A DNA stretch of 64,000 nucleotides from positions 25,112,001 through 25,176,000 of the forward strand of contig NC_087437.1 in the NCBI RefSeq assembly GCF_036321535.1. Reading direction: 5' to 3'. The notes under the pieces were generated by a model. It searched no databases. It saw only the letters and a list, made by a program, of their open reading frames with translations, and was not told where the DNA came from. The first letter of the stretch is position 1; every line of letters starts with the position of its first letter. Shown here in pieces: positions 1 through 12,329 of the stretch. Made by a program: the position numbers and the translations under genes. Origin of the DNA: Camelus dromedarius. Its lineage: Eukaryota.

Positions 1-1424
1 TTCAAAATTTTCCCATTTGAGCTGCATCAAAGTGAAGGAAATTCAAGGATCACGAACGTCTCAGATGGTAGCACTTGCCCTAACAACGAAGGTTCAGGAA
101 TTCTTTGGAGCAGGCTGAGGTCATTTTTCTCCCCTTTTCTCCTAATGCTTTTCTCTATTAATCAGAGCTCAGAGCTCAGATTGGTCTTCAACTTCCTCCC
201 AATCCTTGCTAAGCCTGTCATTTCTAGCTATTATTTACTTTAATGGACTTTGGCTGATCCCTTATGAAGCTTTGGATCTGAGAATAATAAGGCTGGAGAG
301 TAACGGGCATAGACATGGGTGTGGGTTTGCCTGCAGATTAACCGTGGCAGATGGGCTTTATTGCGGTTTCCTGTGTCCTGAGTGTTGATTGAGAGGGGAT
401 AATGAGAGAGGTGGTGTCTACACAATGGTCACAGCCACTTCATTGCACTTTGCGTCTAAACAACCCCATTTTTCTAAACCTTTGGGTTGTGAAATTTTAG
501 GAAGTCAGAGCACAAGAACAAGTACAAAAACAACTGTAAATAACCACGAATGTTAATCCAACACTAATTGGTCCCTTCTTTCAATATGAGTCCATTTTGC
601 TCAGTTTTTAAAATTCTGGGTAAATTCATGGCAAAAATGGCAAAACGAAATGTTATTGCTTTGGGGAGTTTGGGATGAAATAGTGAGCAATGAGTATTTT
701 CTGGGTGTGTTTTTTGTTTGCTTGAAGTTTCCTGTTTGTTTGTTTTTGTTAAATACATGCTCTATCTGGTAAGAACCACAGATAACAAAAGCTTAAGTTG
801 TAATTATTTTCAAATGCTTTGGGCATTATCATGTTGGGGATAGTTTTCTGAATTAAACTTGACATTGTTCAAAAAATAACATCAGGGCAATTGTTTTTGC
901 CCCGGGCATAGGAAAGCAAAGAATTTTTTTTTTTTTTTACCTTTCTTTATCGCCTGCTTTTGATGCCAGTGTCTGCTCTGTTGCAACTTGCTGTGCTGTT
1001 AAAACATTTTTGTTATAGGTGCTGGCGAAAGGTCTTTTACACATTCCTCATTTTTAAGATTTTACTTAATTCCTCCCTTTCACCAATGGATTAAATCACA
1101 ACTATTGATTCCTTTCTTCCTTTGGGGCTTTACCCATCTGTCTTAATGCTTTCATCCTACACCCCTTGGTCTCAGAGGGGTGTTCTGAAAATGAACCGCC
1201 AAAACCTGGAGAAGACTCTAGGTCAAGTTTGTGTACAAGAGTTTAAATTTTTAGTGACAGTCCTCTCTCACAGCCTCCTGAAAGTTTCCACACAGAGCTG
1301 CACAAGCGAGCACCACCAATTATCCTTCTCCTTTGAAAACCATTATCAAGTTTTTCAAAACTTCTTTCATTTCACTGTTGTCATTCAGTGAAAAGGAAAC
1401 TAACCACCATGTCAAGACAACTCC

Positions 1425-1437
1425 GCTGCCTAGCAAC
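1425..1437 (-). promoter_or_regulatory. RFX X-box-like motif
   Basis: The minus strand reads GTTGCTAGGCAGC, 12/13 identical to the RFX palindrome GTTGCTAGGCAAC, in repeat-free sequence. Confidence 0.35.
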
Positions 1438-2699
1438 GCAGGGCCACATTTTAATTCTGACTTGCTTCTGGTCTTGACTAATAGAAAGTGACTATGTTAA
1501 GCCAGTCACAAGAGTTGTTTGTCACTTCTGAAATGCAAACAAAACTATATTGTTTTCCAAAGTATTGGGTGTGATTGATGTAAAGATTTACAGTAACATC
1601 ATTCATTTTCTCTTGTGTTTTAGTAGGATTGATGTCATATCTTTTCATGCTTTATTAAATGCTTTAAAAGAGCTCAAAAAAAATGACGCTTTTTGTCCGT
1701 TAAAGAGTCTAAAGAAGGCTTTTTTTTTCCAGTAGACTCCAACAACTTGTGAAATTTAATGAATCTATTCAACCAGTGTCAACCACATCAATAAATAATT
1801 TAATAAGAAACCATCATCCATGAAGGAGAGTGTATTTCAAACAATTGGAGAGGAACAGACCAGACCAAGGTCAACATTATGGGGGGGTAGGAAAAGTTAA
1901 GCTTTTAAGTTGTGAGTCTTACTGTTTGATTGATCAAATTTTCCCACAGCCCTGTGTTCTTGACTTTTGGTGTGAAAAGCTGCAGGTTGCTACCGATGTG
2001 ATTTAAATTATAAATCTTTCCAGGCATATATGTTGAGATGTCGATAGTAAAAGCATAGCATATTTAAATCTTCTAAATTTGTATAAAATGGTTATTCAAA
2101 TTGAGAACTTGTGGTTGTGCTTAAAAGTAATTCTGTGGCAATTGACAGGAAGCCAATTAATAAAATAGAAAGGTGTTGCTATTATATTTTAAATGCTGTC
2201 TAAAATAGCTGATATTTCTCACATTTTATATAAACATGTAGTTGAACTTCATTTACTAGATACTTTAAAATATGCCAACTTACGTGATTTGAATATAAGT
2301 AATCTAGAAAAAGGCAATATTCTTCAAATAATATCTGAGTATAAAAGAGAATTACAAGTGTTATAATTTCCTTGTGATATTTTAATATTCCAAGCAGCAA
2401 TACAATAGTGCTAATCTTAAATAAAATGTTTATTAAAAAATCATGGCTTAGAAAGTTCAGAATCACACAAAAATAAGAAGCTAGATATCAGCAGCCAAGG
2501 AAAGGCAGTAGAAATGTCTTCCTTTCAATTCTGATTTCACACAACTATCTTTGTCCATGAAACCTTACTCATATTTGGAAATGGAATCTACTTATTAAGT
2601 AGAACAAAATATAGAGTTTTAAACTGTTCACATAATAATAGATGTATGTTTTGATATTATTAAAACAATTGCATCATCAATAACTTCAAGTATAAAATA

Positions 2700-2810
2700 A
2701 ACAAGAGCACCTATACCTTATGGCAATTGAGGACTTTAAATAAAATATTGCACATAAAGAGCTTTAAACTTGGCCATAAGGATCAGTGCTCAGTAAACAA
2801 ATGTTAGTTG
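2700..2810 (+). mobile_element. MIR SINE 3' fragment
   Basis: Resembles the MIR tail (tacct..tgagga.ttaaat..a..cacataaag.gctt...gtgctcagtaaa..tgttag). Confidence 0.5.
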
Positions 2811-3234
2811 TTCATTTTATAATCATGTCTGTGTTAATGTTCTCTTTCCTCAGACACTAAAAAAAAAAAAGTACTACTTTGGCTCCTCATATTTTCTGTG
2901 ATAAATTAAAATTAAAAGCTTTATTTCCAGATGGATAAATAGAATATTGAAACTAACAAAGTCCACTTTGTAACAGAAGGAGAAGAAAGATATACGTAAG
3001 CTTTTTAGATATTGATTATTCTGTCTGCATTTTTAATCAGATACCATCATGCAATATAAGAGAGCATGACTGTAGCATGCCTTGGAAAACTGCACAGCAT
3101 TCTAGCTCCAAATCCAAGGTGCTGTGCCAATCACCAGGTGGTACCGGCAATAGCAGGAGACAACAGTAGGCACAAAATCTGGTATTTCAAAACCCAGTCT
3201 TGGTTTTCTCAGCATTTCCAGTGGGAAAACACAT

Positions 3235-3283
3235 TTATGAGCCAAATGCAACCTGTGGGCATGTTTTGTTTGTCCTACACATA

Positions 3284-3329
<46 letters not shown>

Positions 3330-3565
3330 ATTAGTTTACAACACCTGAAACCTTGATTTGGCATTAAAATCCAAATTTCTACTTTCTCCAAAAATCAGAC
3401 CTGCAGGGGTGAGCCGACTTTCCTGGAGCTGAGTGGTGGCTGAGTGGCCATGGCATCTTCAGATGGGATCTGGGACCCTTCTGATGGGACCCTTCCTCTC
3501 CCTCCTAGCACATCCATCCGGATTCACAGATTTAAGCTAGGTGCCTGGCCCCCTGAGGCATTTTA
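3235..3565 (-). mobile_element. MER102-like hAT-Charlie DNA transposon
   Basis: Blocks ggcatgttttgtttg, aaaatccaaatttct, ctggagctgagtggtggctg and tgcctggcccctgaggcattt match the reverse complement of the recalled MER102 consensus. Confidence 0.7.
3289..3327. repeat. (TTA)n microsatellite
   Basis: About 13 perfect TTA/TAT units grown from the T-run inside the MER102 copy. Confidence 0.95.
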
Positions 3566-5364
3566 GATTTTTAGCACAAGAACTCCAATCAGAAACTGGA
3601 GAAAATTCAATAGCCGTATCCAACGTTACCTACAGCGCTCTGGACCCCCGGCACTTGGTAATTTCATTACTCTTGCTCTAGTATCTTCATGGGAGATTCA
3701 GTTTAGCTACTCCTGAAAAATGTTAGCGATAATGTCTCCCCTGACTTGAAAGTCACATCTCTTTTCTCCTTGTATGTGGTTTTCCTCCTGACTGGACAGA
3801 GAAGAAATTAAGTCCCCACTTAGGAGTTGCGGGCAGGCTGTGAACAGCAGAGCGCTCTGAGGTTTGTCTCATAGGACTGTGACATCTCCCCAGGACTGTA
3901 CATGTGGCCACAATGAGGGTGATGGGTTTTCTGTTTCTCCTGCCTCATCACACCAGACACTTTGTGCCAAATATGCAGAGGTAACACCATGTGAAATCTG
4001 ACCAGTGGCTCTTAGAGACTCCAACAGAGGGCTTCTCTGGTAAGGATGAGGTTGGGCACATAAAATTATCCTGTTGAGAATACACATATGTATTTATACA
4101 ATCACCCCTATGTTTCCTTTATGATTTTTTAAAAAATTAATTTAGGCTGAGTTAAAATTGTAGTGATGAAAATAAGTATCATAATAGCTTTTAAATAACA
4201 CTTTTAAACTTTACCACATTATTTTCTAAATACCTTGATTTGGAAAAACAGGCTATGAGAAACCGAGCCCTTTCAGATTCCACTTATTTCCTCGTATGAG
4301 CGTCATCAAATCTCATTTGCAACAAGGTGGCTGTAACAAGCCTATTAATTAGCAAACTAAATGAATAAATAAAGAAAGAGTATGAAACGAATTTCCAAGT
4401 CCCTTACTGCTGTAAATCTGAATCTCTTACGACTGTCCGTACAAACTGTACTTCTGGCTGTTTGGTTGAATTGTAGCACTGAGTTACTGCGGACGAGCGG
4501 GTGTGTCTGGTATAGTTGAGTGAAATGTGGAGTGTTGCTAGTGGCCTTTGGATAAAATAGATTTATTTGCTTGCCTTCCACGTGGGATTATGGCCTCTTC
4601 TTTATCTGCACAGGGCCCTAATCATCAAAGCAATCTATCTGACCCACAGTACAAAATGTGAATAACTCGTTACTTCTTTAAATGTAGACATTCTGATCAT
4701 ATGTAAACTTGAATTCTCACCTTATAAAAACACCCACAAGCAGTTAATAAAAACAAATTCAATCAAAACAGTGTTTCATCCATCATCTGTTTGCTATGCT
4801 TATTTATAGGTATTCTTGTTTAGCCCATGATCACACTTTTTATTTACCAAGAAATTTAAAGTAAGTTTCTGCATAAGGAAATTTCCTTATAGGAAAATAC
4901 ACTAAATTTCCATATGATGTCAAGCTACATATTTTTAAATGCTCTGTTCATTTCCTGCCACAAGATGTTAACCTCAAAGATACATTTGGTTTCACTGAAA
5001 TAAAATATTTTTTAATATTATTTTCAAACCACAGAAATTGGTTTTTGATACATGTGCCAGTTGAATCCCATTGCTAAAATATTTAATCACACTTGTCATG
5101 ACAGATAGCAACACAGAAAAATAATCTTGATATGAGAAGAGGATTTAAGAAAAAGTGTCAATATCCAGCCAAGATTTTGGCTGTTTAAGCTTATATCTAG
5201 GTACATAATTCCTTTTCCCAAATTTAAACTAGACAGTTCTTTCACATGTAACATAAAGAGATCTGGCTAATTTCCCAATTGGAAAGAAAAACAATAAAAC
5301 ACATGAAAAGTATTCATAAATGGGATTCTTATTCTAGGGGGAGGTTTTTGTGCCCAAATAGAGT

Positions 5365-5610
5365 TATATGGGTTCACAGACTCGAGTTTGGAAGGAGTTT
5401 GGAAATCATCTAGGGCGAACTTCGCAAACAATGAGATGCATCCTTCCCCCACCCTTCCGGGCTGCTTTCTGGCTCCTTCCAATAATGAGAAACTCCTTTC
5501 TTTTGGAGGAAGACTGTTTCATTGGACTGTTCCACTTCTATTTTGTGCCTGAGCTAAAGTTCCTTCCTCTACCTTCCTAGTCTGTCTTCAAGACGCTCTC
5601 ACAGGGCAAG
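5365..5610 (-). mobile_element. L3/CR1 LINE 3' fragment
   Basis: tcacagact..gagtttggaagga..ttggaaatcatctag followed by aactcc..cttttggaggaag..tgtttcattggac..tgagctaaag, typical of the antisense L3 3' end. Confidence 0.6.
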
Positions 5611-6189
5611 TGCAGCTGAGAGGTTTGCGGAGCCCTGCATCACAGCCACGAGCGTAAGCACCTACTACGGTGTTTCACGCACGATATACATTACAAGTGA
5701 GCGTCAGCGTATGAGTTAGATTCTCCTGTATCTGGGACGTATTTGCCTCAAGGTAACAATAATTGTGTCATTTCCTAGCCGTGCACCCCTCGCTCCCTCG
5801 TTCAAAGAAGAGTGTTGTTAGGAAAGGAGAGGGCGGTAATCACAGAAAACGTCAAATCCATATTCTATTACTATTTTGACCCTTCTTCTTTTGCTACAAA
5901 ATTTAACCTCGCTCCCTCATTCCCCCACACATAGTTGGACGCCACAGAGTTCCCTTTTTGGGTGAGTCCAGACGTAGATCTGGTCCATTCACAGTGGTGC
6001 GAAGGAGCAATAAAGCAGTCAAGGCCCTGTGTCCATTCTGTCTTCTCAGCCCTTAAAATAATATTGAGGCCCCAGGAGTTGCCTGAGCCCCGCGCAGCCC
6101 TGGTCAGGACTTACTGAAGGTAGCCATGTCCTGACTTTGCGTTGTTTTTTCTTCATTTTATCTTCTTGTGAAGATGGCCTCAAGTCACT

Positions 6190-6620
6190 GCTTATTTGGG
6201 CAAAAATTTATAGAACATCTATTAGATGTCAGGCACTACACCAAGTAATGAAAGCAGAAAAATGAGTATGACTCAGACCCTGCCTGAAGTTGCTCACAAT
6301 CTCTTGAGAAAGATGGACAGAGAAACAAATCTTTTCAATTAAAAGAGCCCCGAGGAGAGATCAGCACATTGGGCTAAATATGGGAGCAGCAAATGACTGA
6401 CAGGTGAGGTTAAATGAAGGGTTCACAGGGTGGTTCGTGCGTTAGTAGAGAGACTGGAATACAGTTCCACGGCTGTTAAAAGGAACTGCATCTTCAAAAG
6501 TCTGCGGGTACTGAAGAATATAAGGCATCCTGGAGAAATAGCAAGTAATCTGCATGACTGAAAAACGAGGCAGGGATGATGGAAATTAGATTAGACTGGA
6601 GGTATAATTTACAGCATTAA
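6190..6620 (-). mobile_element. L2 LINE 3' fragment
   Basis: caaaaatttatagaacatctattagatgtcaggcact..aaaatgagtatgactcagaccctgcc..gctcacaatct is the antisense L2 tail pattern. Confidence 0.65.
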
Positions 6621-6904
6621 AACAATGTGATTGTTTCCATTGGCGACAAGATATTTTAAGTACTGTAAATGTACTGTAAAAAAAAAAAAAAACAAATTAA
6701 TCAGAAGGGCCTGTTGAATTTGCTTCTTTCCATGACCATACTTTTGCCTAAATAAGTTTTTATTTACATGTGACAGAGGAGCAAGGCCAGGAGATTAAGT
6801 TGTTGATAACACATATGATAAAACATTTTAATGTTTTATACCAATTTTAGTTAAATAAATGAACTTTGAGATTTTTTAATAATAATGATTTAAAAACTAC
6901 TGTT

Positions 6905-7215
6905 AATTATCAACAGGGAGTTGGTAAAATGAATTCTGGATTATCCGTGCCGAGAACACTCCAGGTTTGGTAAAATGAGGTTCCAGAAGAATATTGGATT
7001 ACAGAAATTGATTGTCATTACGTAGATTGTTAGGAGAAGAAAAGCATGTTTCAAAATACACAGTAAACATAGCTTGAAATACATATTTAAAAAATGAGTG
7101 GTGGTCATCTCAGAGTGGTAGCCTCAGGGCTTATCTAAACTTTCTTCTCTTTAGAGTATCTGTTTAATTTTTCCTACAATAAATATGTACGGTTATTTCA
7201 TATAAGAAAAAATAA
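6905..7215 (+). mobile_element. Ancient L1 (L1ME-like) 3' UTR fragment
   Basis: agtggtggtcatctcagagtggtag...ttttcctacaataaatatgtac..ttatttcatataagaaaaaa resembles an old L1M 3' end. Confidence 0.5.
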
Positions 7216-10200
7216 TAGTTCACAACCAACAGGGGATAAAAATGAACTCTGTCGTTGTAACAAGATCCTTTTTGAAGCACTCATTCCCAGTTCAGTCTTC
7301 ATATATAGGTGAAGCAGTAGAATAATGTCAAGATGTCTTAACTTGTCCCTAGATGCCACATTCAGTGTGACTGTCCCTACCATGTTACAACTGAGTATGA
7401 CTCAGTCCACCCATCATAAGGGCAATTCTGTCCTAAAGTGTTTTTCTAGTTGGATGAATTTCTCCTCCAAAACAGAAGTTGGTTGAAATTAATCATCTCT
7501 TCTACCACTTATTACACACACACACACATTATATATAGCTTTAGGTATGATATTCTTTAATAATTCATGTTGTTTTGATAATTGTATAAATAATTAAATA
7601 TATACTTGATGCATTTATCCTCACTGAAGTTGCCGCAGTTACGCAGTATTACCTTCTATTGTCCATGTTTTACTTGGAAGACTTGGCCAAATATTTTTCT
7701 GCCTTACTTTACCTGATTTCGTTTAGGCAGAAAATTTCAGTTTATGGCTAAAAATTTCACTACTTTAGTACATAAATGCGAAATTGTGTTTTATACTGAC
7801 TTTGAAATGTTACTAATTCAGAGATTTCCCATTCTCATTAGATTTAAAAACAAAATTTCCTCGTATCAGGTTTTTAACTGGAATCCTTTTACCTAGTTCC
7901 AAAGCAATTTTAGAAAAATAAAAAATTTAGAATAATATGATTCTTTATATTTTACTGGTGTCTTGTATATGAGCAGCAGCATTCAGTGATAGCTAAGACT
8001 ATTAAAATGGCACTTCACTTTTGAGTAAGTAATTTGAGGGGGGACAGTTCTCCAAAAGGTAGTCATAAATCATTGTATGGTTTTGTAAGCAAAAATTAGA
8101 AGCCATACATAGTTTGTACACCAGCAATTTCATCTTCTCTTCACATTGTGGCAGATTAATACCAGCTTAGTCCAAACATCCAAAGTTATGCTGTTGTCAA
8201 TGTAGCCATCTGTTTTTAATGAATATCTGGGGTCCATTTTTCAGTTAAGCTTCTCTTATTGTGTGTGTATGTTGCTTTTTCAGAGCTATCTGCATAATTG
8301 CTTAAAGATTTTACTGCAAAATTAATATCCTTGCTGTGAACAAGGGAGCAGGGCAAAAACCAGGATGACAGAGCCTGAGATGAGGTGAAAAGCAAATCCA
8401 ATTTTTCCTTGCACCATAGAAACCTCGTCAGGACTAGCTTTATCTGGTAATCCACATTTAAACTTTAACCTGTAGGGGGGCTCTTTGTGTTAGATAATGT
8501 AAGCATAAAAGGAGGCTGAATCAGTAATCAGATTAATCATATTTTGTAAGACTCAAAAGCTTCATTAAAAGGACCTGGTATCCAAGTTACACATTTTTGT
8601 TGGTGGTGGTGGTGGAGGAGGAGTTTGTCACACACAGAAAAAAATAAGAGGCATGGGATTACTCAAATGTTTGCAACTTTTAGTGATCTAATAGCAAGCA
8701 AGACCAAAGAGCAACATAATATCCTAGTTTATAAAATCACTTTACATCTTCACAGAATCAGCACATGTATTAGCTTACTTTCATCATATTTTAATACAAG
8801 AAGTTAATATTGGACACAGGTTGTGATTGCTACTATAACTTTTTCATTTTCTGAGCAGTAGACTTCTTTTAATGTATTTGTACTGTATACACCTATAATT
8901 TGTGTTACTTACAAGTAATATTACACATGCAATATATACGCATCATATGTATAAAGACTACCAACTACGAGTTGACGATTTATTATCTAAGTCACTTCTC
9001 AAAGCATTTAGTTGATTGTTCAATTAAGAAGATGAGTGTTTGATGGAAATGGGGACCCTTCTGAAGACTAAAGTGAAAGGGAGAATCTTTGTAGGTCTAG
9101 CTTTTTATAAAATGTGATGCAAGGAAATACAGTCACACATTTCTTTGGTTGTTAAAAAAGAAGGAAGGAAGACAAATATGTCACTAAACTAAATCCTTGC
9201 AAAGAAAGCAAATCTTTCAAAAAAGAAGCAAATGAGTTCTGCGGTTGACAGTCTGTAGCATGACTAGGTAATTGTGGGGAAAATGCAATTGCATGTGTAA
9301 CTTTATGCACACCAAAACCTCCTCTTCGAAAACTCAGCCCTCACACTTTAAATCAACAAATAGTTTTCAGCATGTGGTACGTTACACAAACGCTTCCTAA
9401 CAAACTGCTTCAATAATAATCTTGGTGAAAGAGTGTGCCGAGTAATAGCTACTGAGAATTGCTTCATGCTACCTTGTGAAGGATACCACATAATTCTGAT
9501 GTCTAATTAGGAGTATAAAAATGCTGCATCAGTTCATTTTTCTCAGCACAATATATATCATCCTAAGGAAAGATCAATTTATAGGATTATATATTCACAT
9601 CCGTGGAACTCTGTATCTGAAAATCAACAATACAAAATTGCTAATCAAAATACACAGGTCTTTATAACCAAGTCATTTCAGATGAGGAAACTCAACCAAA
9701 TGAAATGACGGTATAGTAACAACAACAAGAACAAACAAGAAACGGAAGCAACATCAACAACTTTCTTAGTATGTGATGAGGCTACATATAATTTATAAAT
9801 TACTGAATATTTTAAATTGCATTGCACGAGGCTCAAGTCTATAAACAAATTTTTAGTTTAAGTATTAGAAATAATAGTTTCTGAATGAACCATGGATAAG
9901 TGGTGCATGATTTCTCAGTGATTAGGATGTGTATACTGTTTGACAGCACCAGAATGGTCTGCGTGGAGAATATCTGTATTTATAGATGTATGTATCTATG
10001 ATTTATTATTCATAATGATAAAAGTATGTTTCTAACTTCTCCCCAATATTTCAAAAGTGCCTCTTGTCATGAAATATAAATGCCACCTTTAGACATCGAG
10101 GCATGAGCTGTTTCCTGTGGAGCTGGAATTTGCATAACTGGTCTCTTCTACTTCCATTCCAACAGATAAGTGAAATAGTCAAATTATCCACTCTTAAAAT

Positions 10201-10529
10201 ACTGGCATATAAATTTTGTTTTAGATTTTTAAAAATGCCTTTTACCTGTGATCTTAAACTATAAAGACCTTCACTATTATACTAATTCCCATAAAGAAGC
10301 AGACTGTTTCAGTGTATAAACAGTTGCTCTACCCAAGTGTTTCGACCATCTCCCCTCAAAAACTAAAAACAAAAATGAAACAAACACAAAACTCTACACA
10401 CGGATCAAAAAATAAAGATAACAAGTCTTCATTCTTTTAAAAACCTAACATCAGAAATCTTTAGCAATTGTTACCTCTGATGAGCTTAAGCCAATGAGAA
10501 GCAATGAGTGAAGTGCTGGTGACCTGTGT

Positions 10530-10690
10530 ATCAGGGCATTGGGCATACAGCTCTTCCAGAGCATCAGGCTAGCTGTGCGTTTCTGTGTAAGTCATGCTAT
10601 GGTCCTGGTTGTCAGTGTGTAATCTGTAACATGGGGGAAATGACCTTGTTCTCTGTAAGGCCACCTACTGTTTGAAAATTCAGTGACACT
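10530..10690 (+). mobile_element. MIR3-like SINE
   Basis: ctagctgtg..t..gtaagtca...cagt...aatctgtaacatggggg..tctgtaaggcc..c..ct.t..aaattc core. Confidence 0.5.
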
Positions 10691-11844
10691 AAATGTTGAC
10701 TACAGGTGAAGGTGGAAGGAAAGATCTTCCTTATACAAATACAAATCTTTAGAGGTTTCTAGAGTAATAAAAATAAAGGCATAATTTCTATAGTCTCAGG
10801 TTCACTTTATTGAATTATATGGTCATCCTGCTACACAAAGAAAATTGGAATGTTCATAAGACTTGTGGATGCAGAAAACAAAGGCAGCAGTTTGAATCAT
10901 TTGCTCCTCAAAGCCTCAAGCTCTTCTCAAGTTGGCAATTTTGCCTAAACTAGGTATTTATTTGATTAATTTGTTTTCTTTCTGTCCTGAATGAATTGTG
11001 ACAGTTCTTACCTTGTCTCAGCATACCAACTCAGTCAGGAGGTAGGGGATTCAACTTTTGGGTGATACTCCAATATGCAAAACATTTAGTGAGATTGAAA
11101 GAATGAGCAGAAATACAGGTAGTGGACTTTGTTTTCAGATCTGTTTTGATGGCATTCTCATGGCCATCTTTTGTGTAAGATAATTTTTTTTTCCCACAAG
11201 GGAAAAATCTCTACAATGCTTTAAGTAAAAATAAAACAAACACAAAACAAAACAACAAAAAATCTTACATGACTGCTTCTAAGGAAAAAAAAAACAAACT
11301 CCCCTTTGGAACTGAGAGCAGCTGTGGAGACATCTGTGGGCTGAAAAGACTCCTAAAAGAACAAGCGAGCATACATCTGTGGAGATAAAATAAGTGATGG
11401 ATAAAATGTGAATTAAGAGCTCACATGCAGTAGATACTACTATCAATGTGTAAGAATAAAATGGGACTCATAAAACATCCTTTTTTACTTCACCAACTAT
11501 GGTGAATGAAAATGCGACCGTGAAAGAGTAAAATAAAGTGCTGGATGAGAAGAGGTCAGCTGAAGGGGCACAAAGCCATTCGGTGTTTCCTTTTTGCAGG
11601 GCAGACATAAGGGCGCAGGTACCTTCTCTCTGTGAATCACACGCATTGTCCTTTGACCATCTGTATGGAGAGAAATGTCAGTAGTGTCCGGCATACCGTT
11701 TGTGTCTTATGCAACTCTGCATTTGTTCTTCAATTACCTAGAATATTTTTCCAACTCTTCACAATGTAGTTTTGTAAAATCTGAAGTAGGCTGAAAATAA
11801 TAAAACACAGTTAAGACACTGAGACCAGCAAACGTTTTGTAAAA

Positions 11845-12030
11845 TCACATAACAAATAGATCTTTAGATGTCAGCGATCTCTACCTCACTTTCCAAATAA
11901 AATTTTCAAGTCCAGAGCAGCAAAGTGACTTGGCCAAAATCACATGGATCGTGGCAGAACTTGGACAAAGACAACCTGAGGACACAAGGCGTCCTGGCTT
12001 TCATCCTGAAGGGCTTTACGTTATACTCCT
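11845..12030 (-). mobile_element. MIR SINE
   Basis: aagtccagag..aagtgacttggccaaaatcacatgg..gtggcagaacttggac is an antisense MIR core. Confidence 0.65.
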
Positions 12031-12329
12031 AGTTAGTCACCTTGGAAACATTTTACAAATTTTGTCAAAATAGCATTACCTCTCTAGACATAATTTAAAC
12101 ACTAATTAGATTATAAACACCTTGGAATCAGGGAACATGAACATATTACTGAGTAGGGTTGTATCAAAACTTAATATTCTGATAATTTATTATGCTACTT
12201 AAATTGTTCCAGATCATAAGGAAGGATGGAATTTCTCCTGAAACATTTAGTGTACTTTCAAACTCCTCTTGCCGAAAACTAAACAAGATACCACACAGAC
12301 ACAAAGAACATAAATCAATCACACTTACG

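Noticed and set aside
6263..7405. TGAGTATGACTCAG occurring twice about 1.1 kb apart
   Set aside because: Repeated 14-mers are expected by chance at this window size, and one copy is in an L2; not a TSD or an array.
11600..11618. Possible 19-nt plus-strand micro-exon (tttttgcAG|...CAG|GTACCT)
   Set aside because: Weak donor, not frame-preserving, and no flanking coding exons identified.
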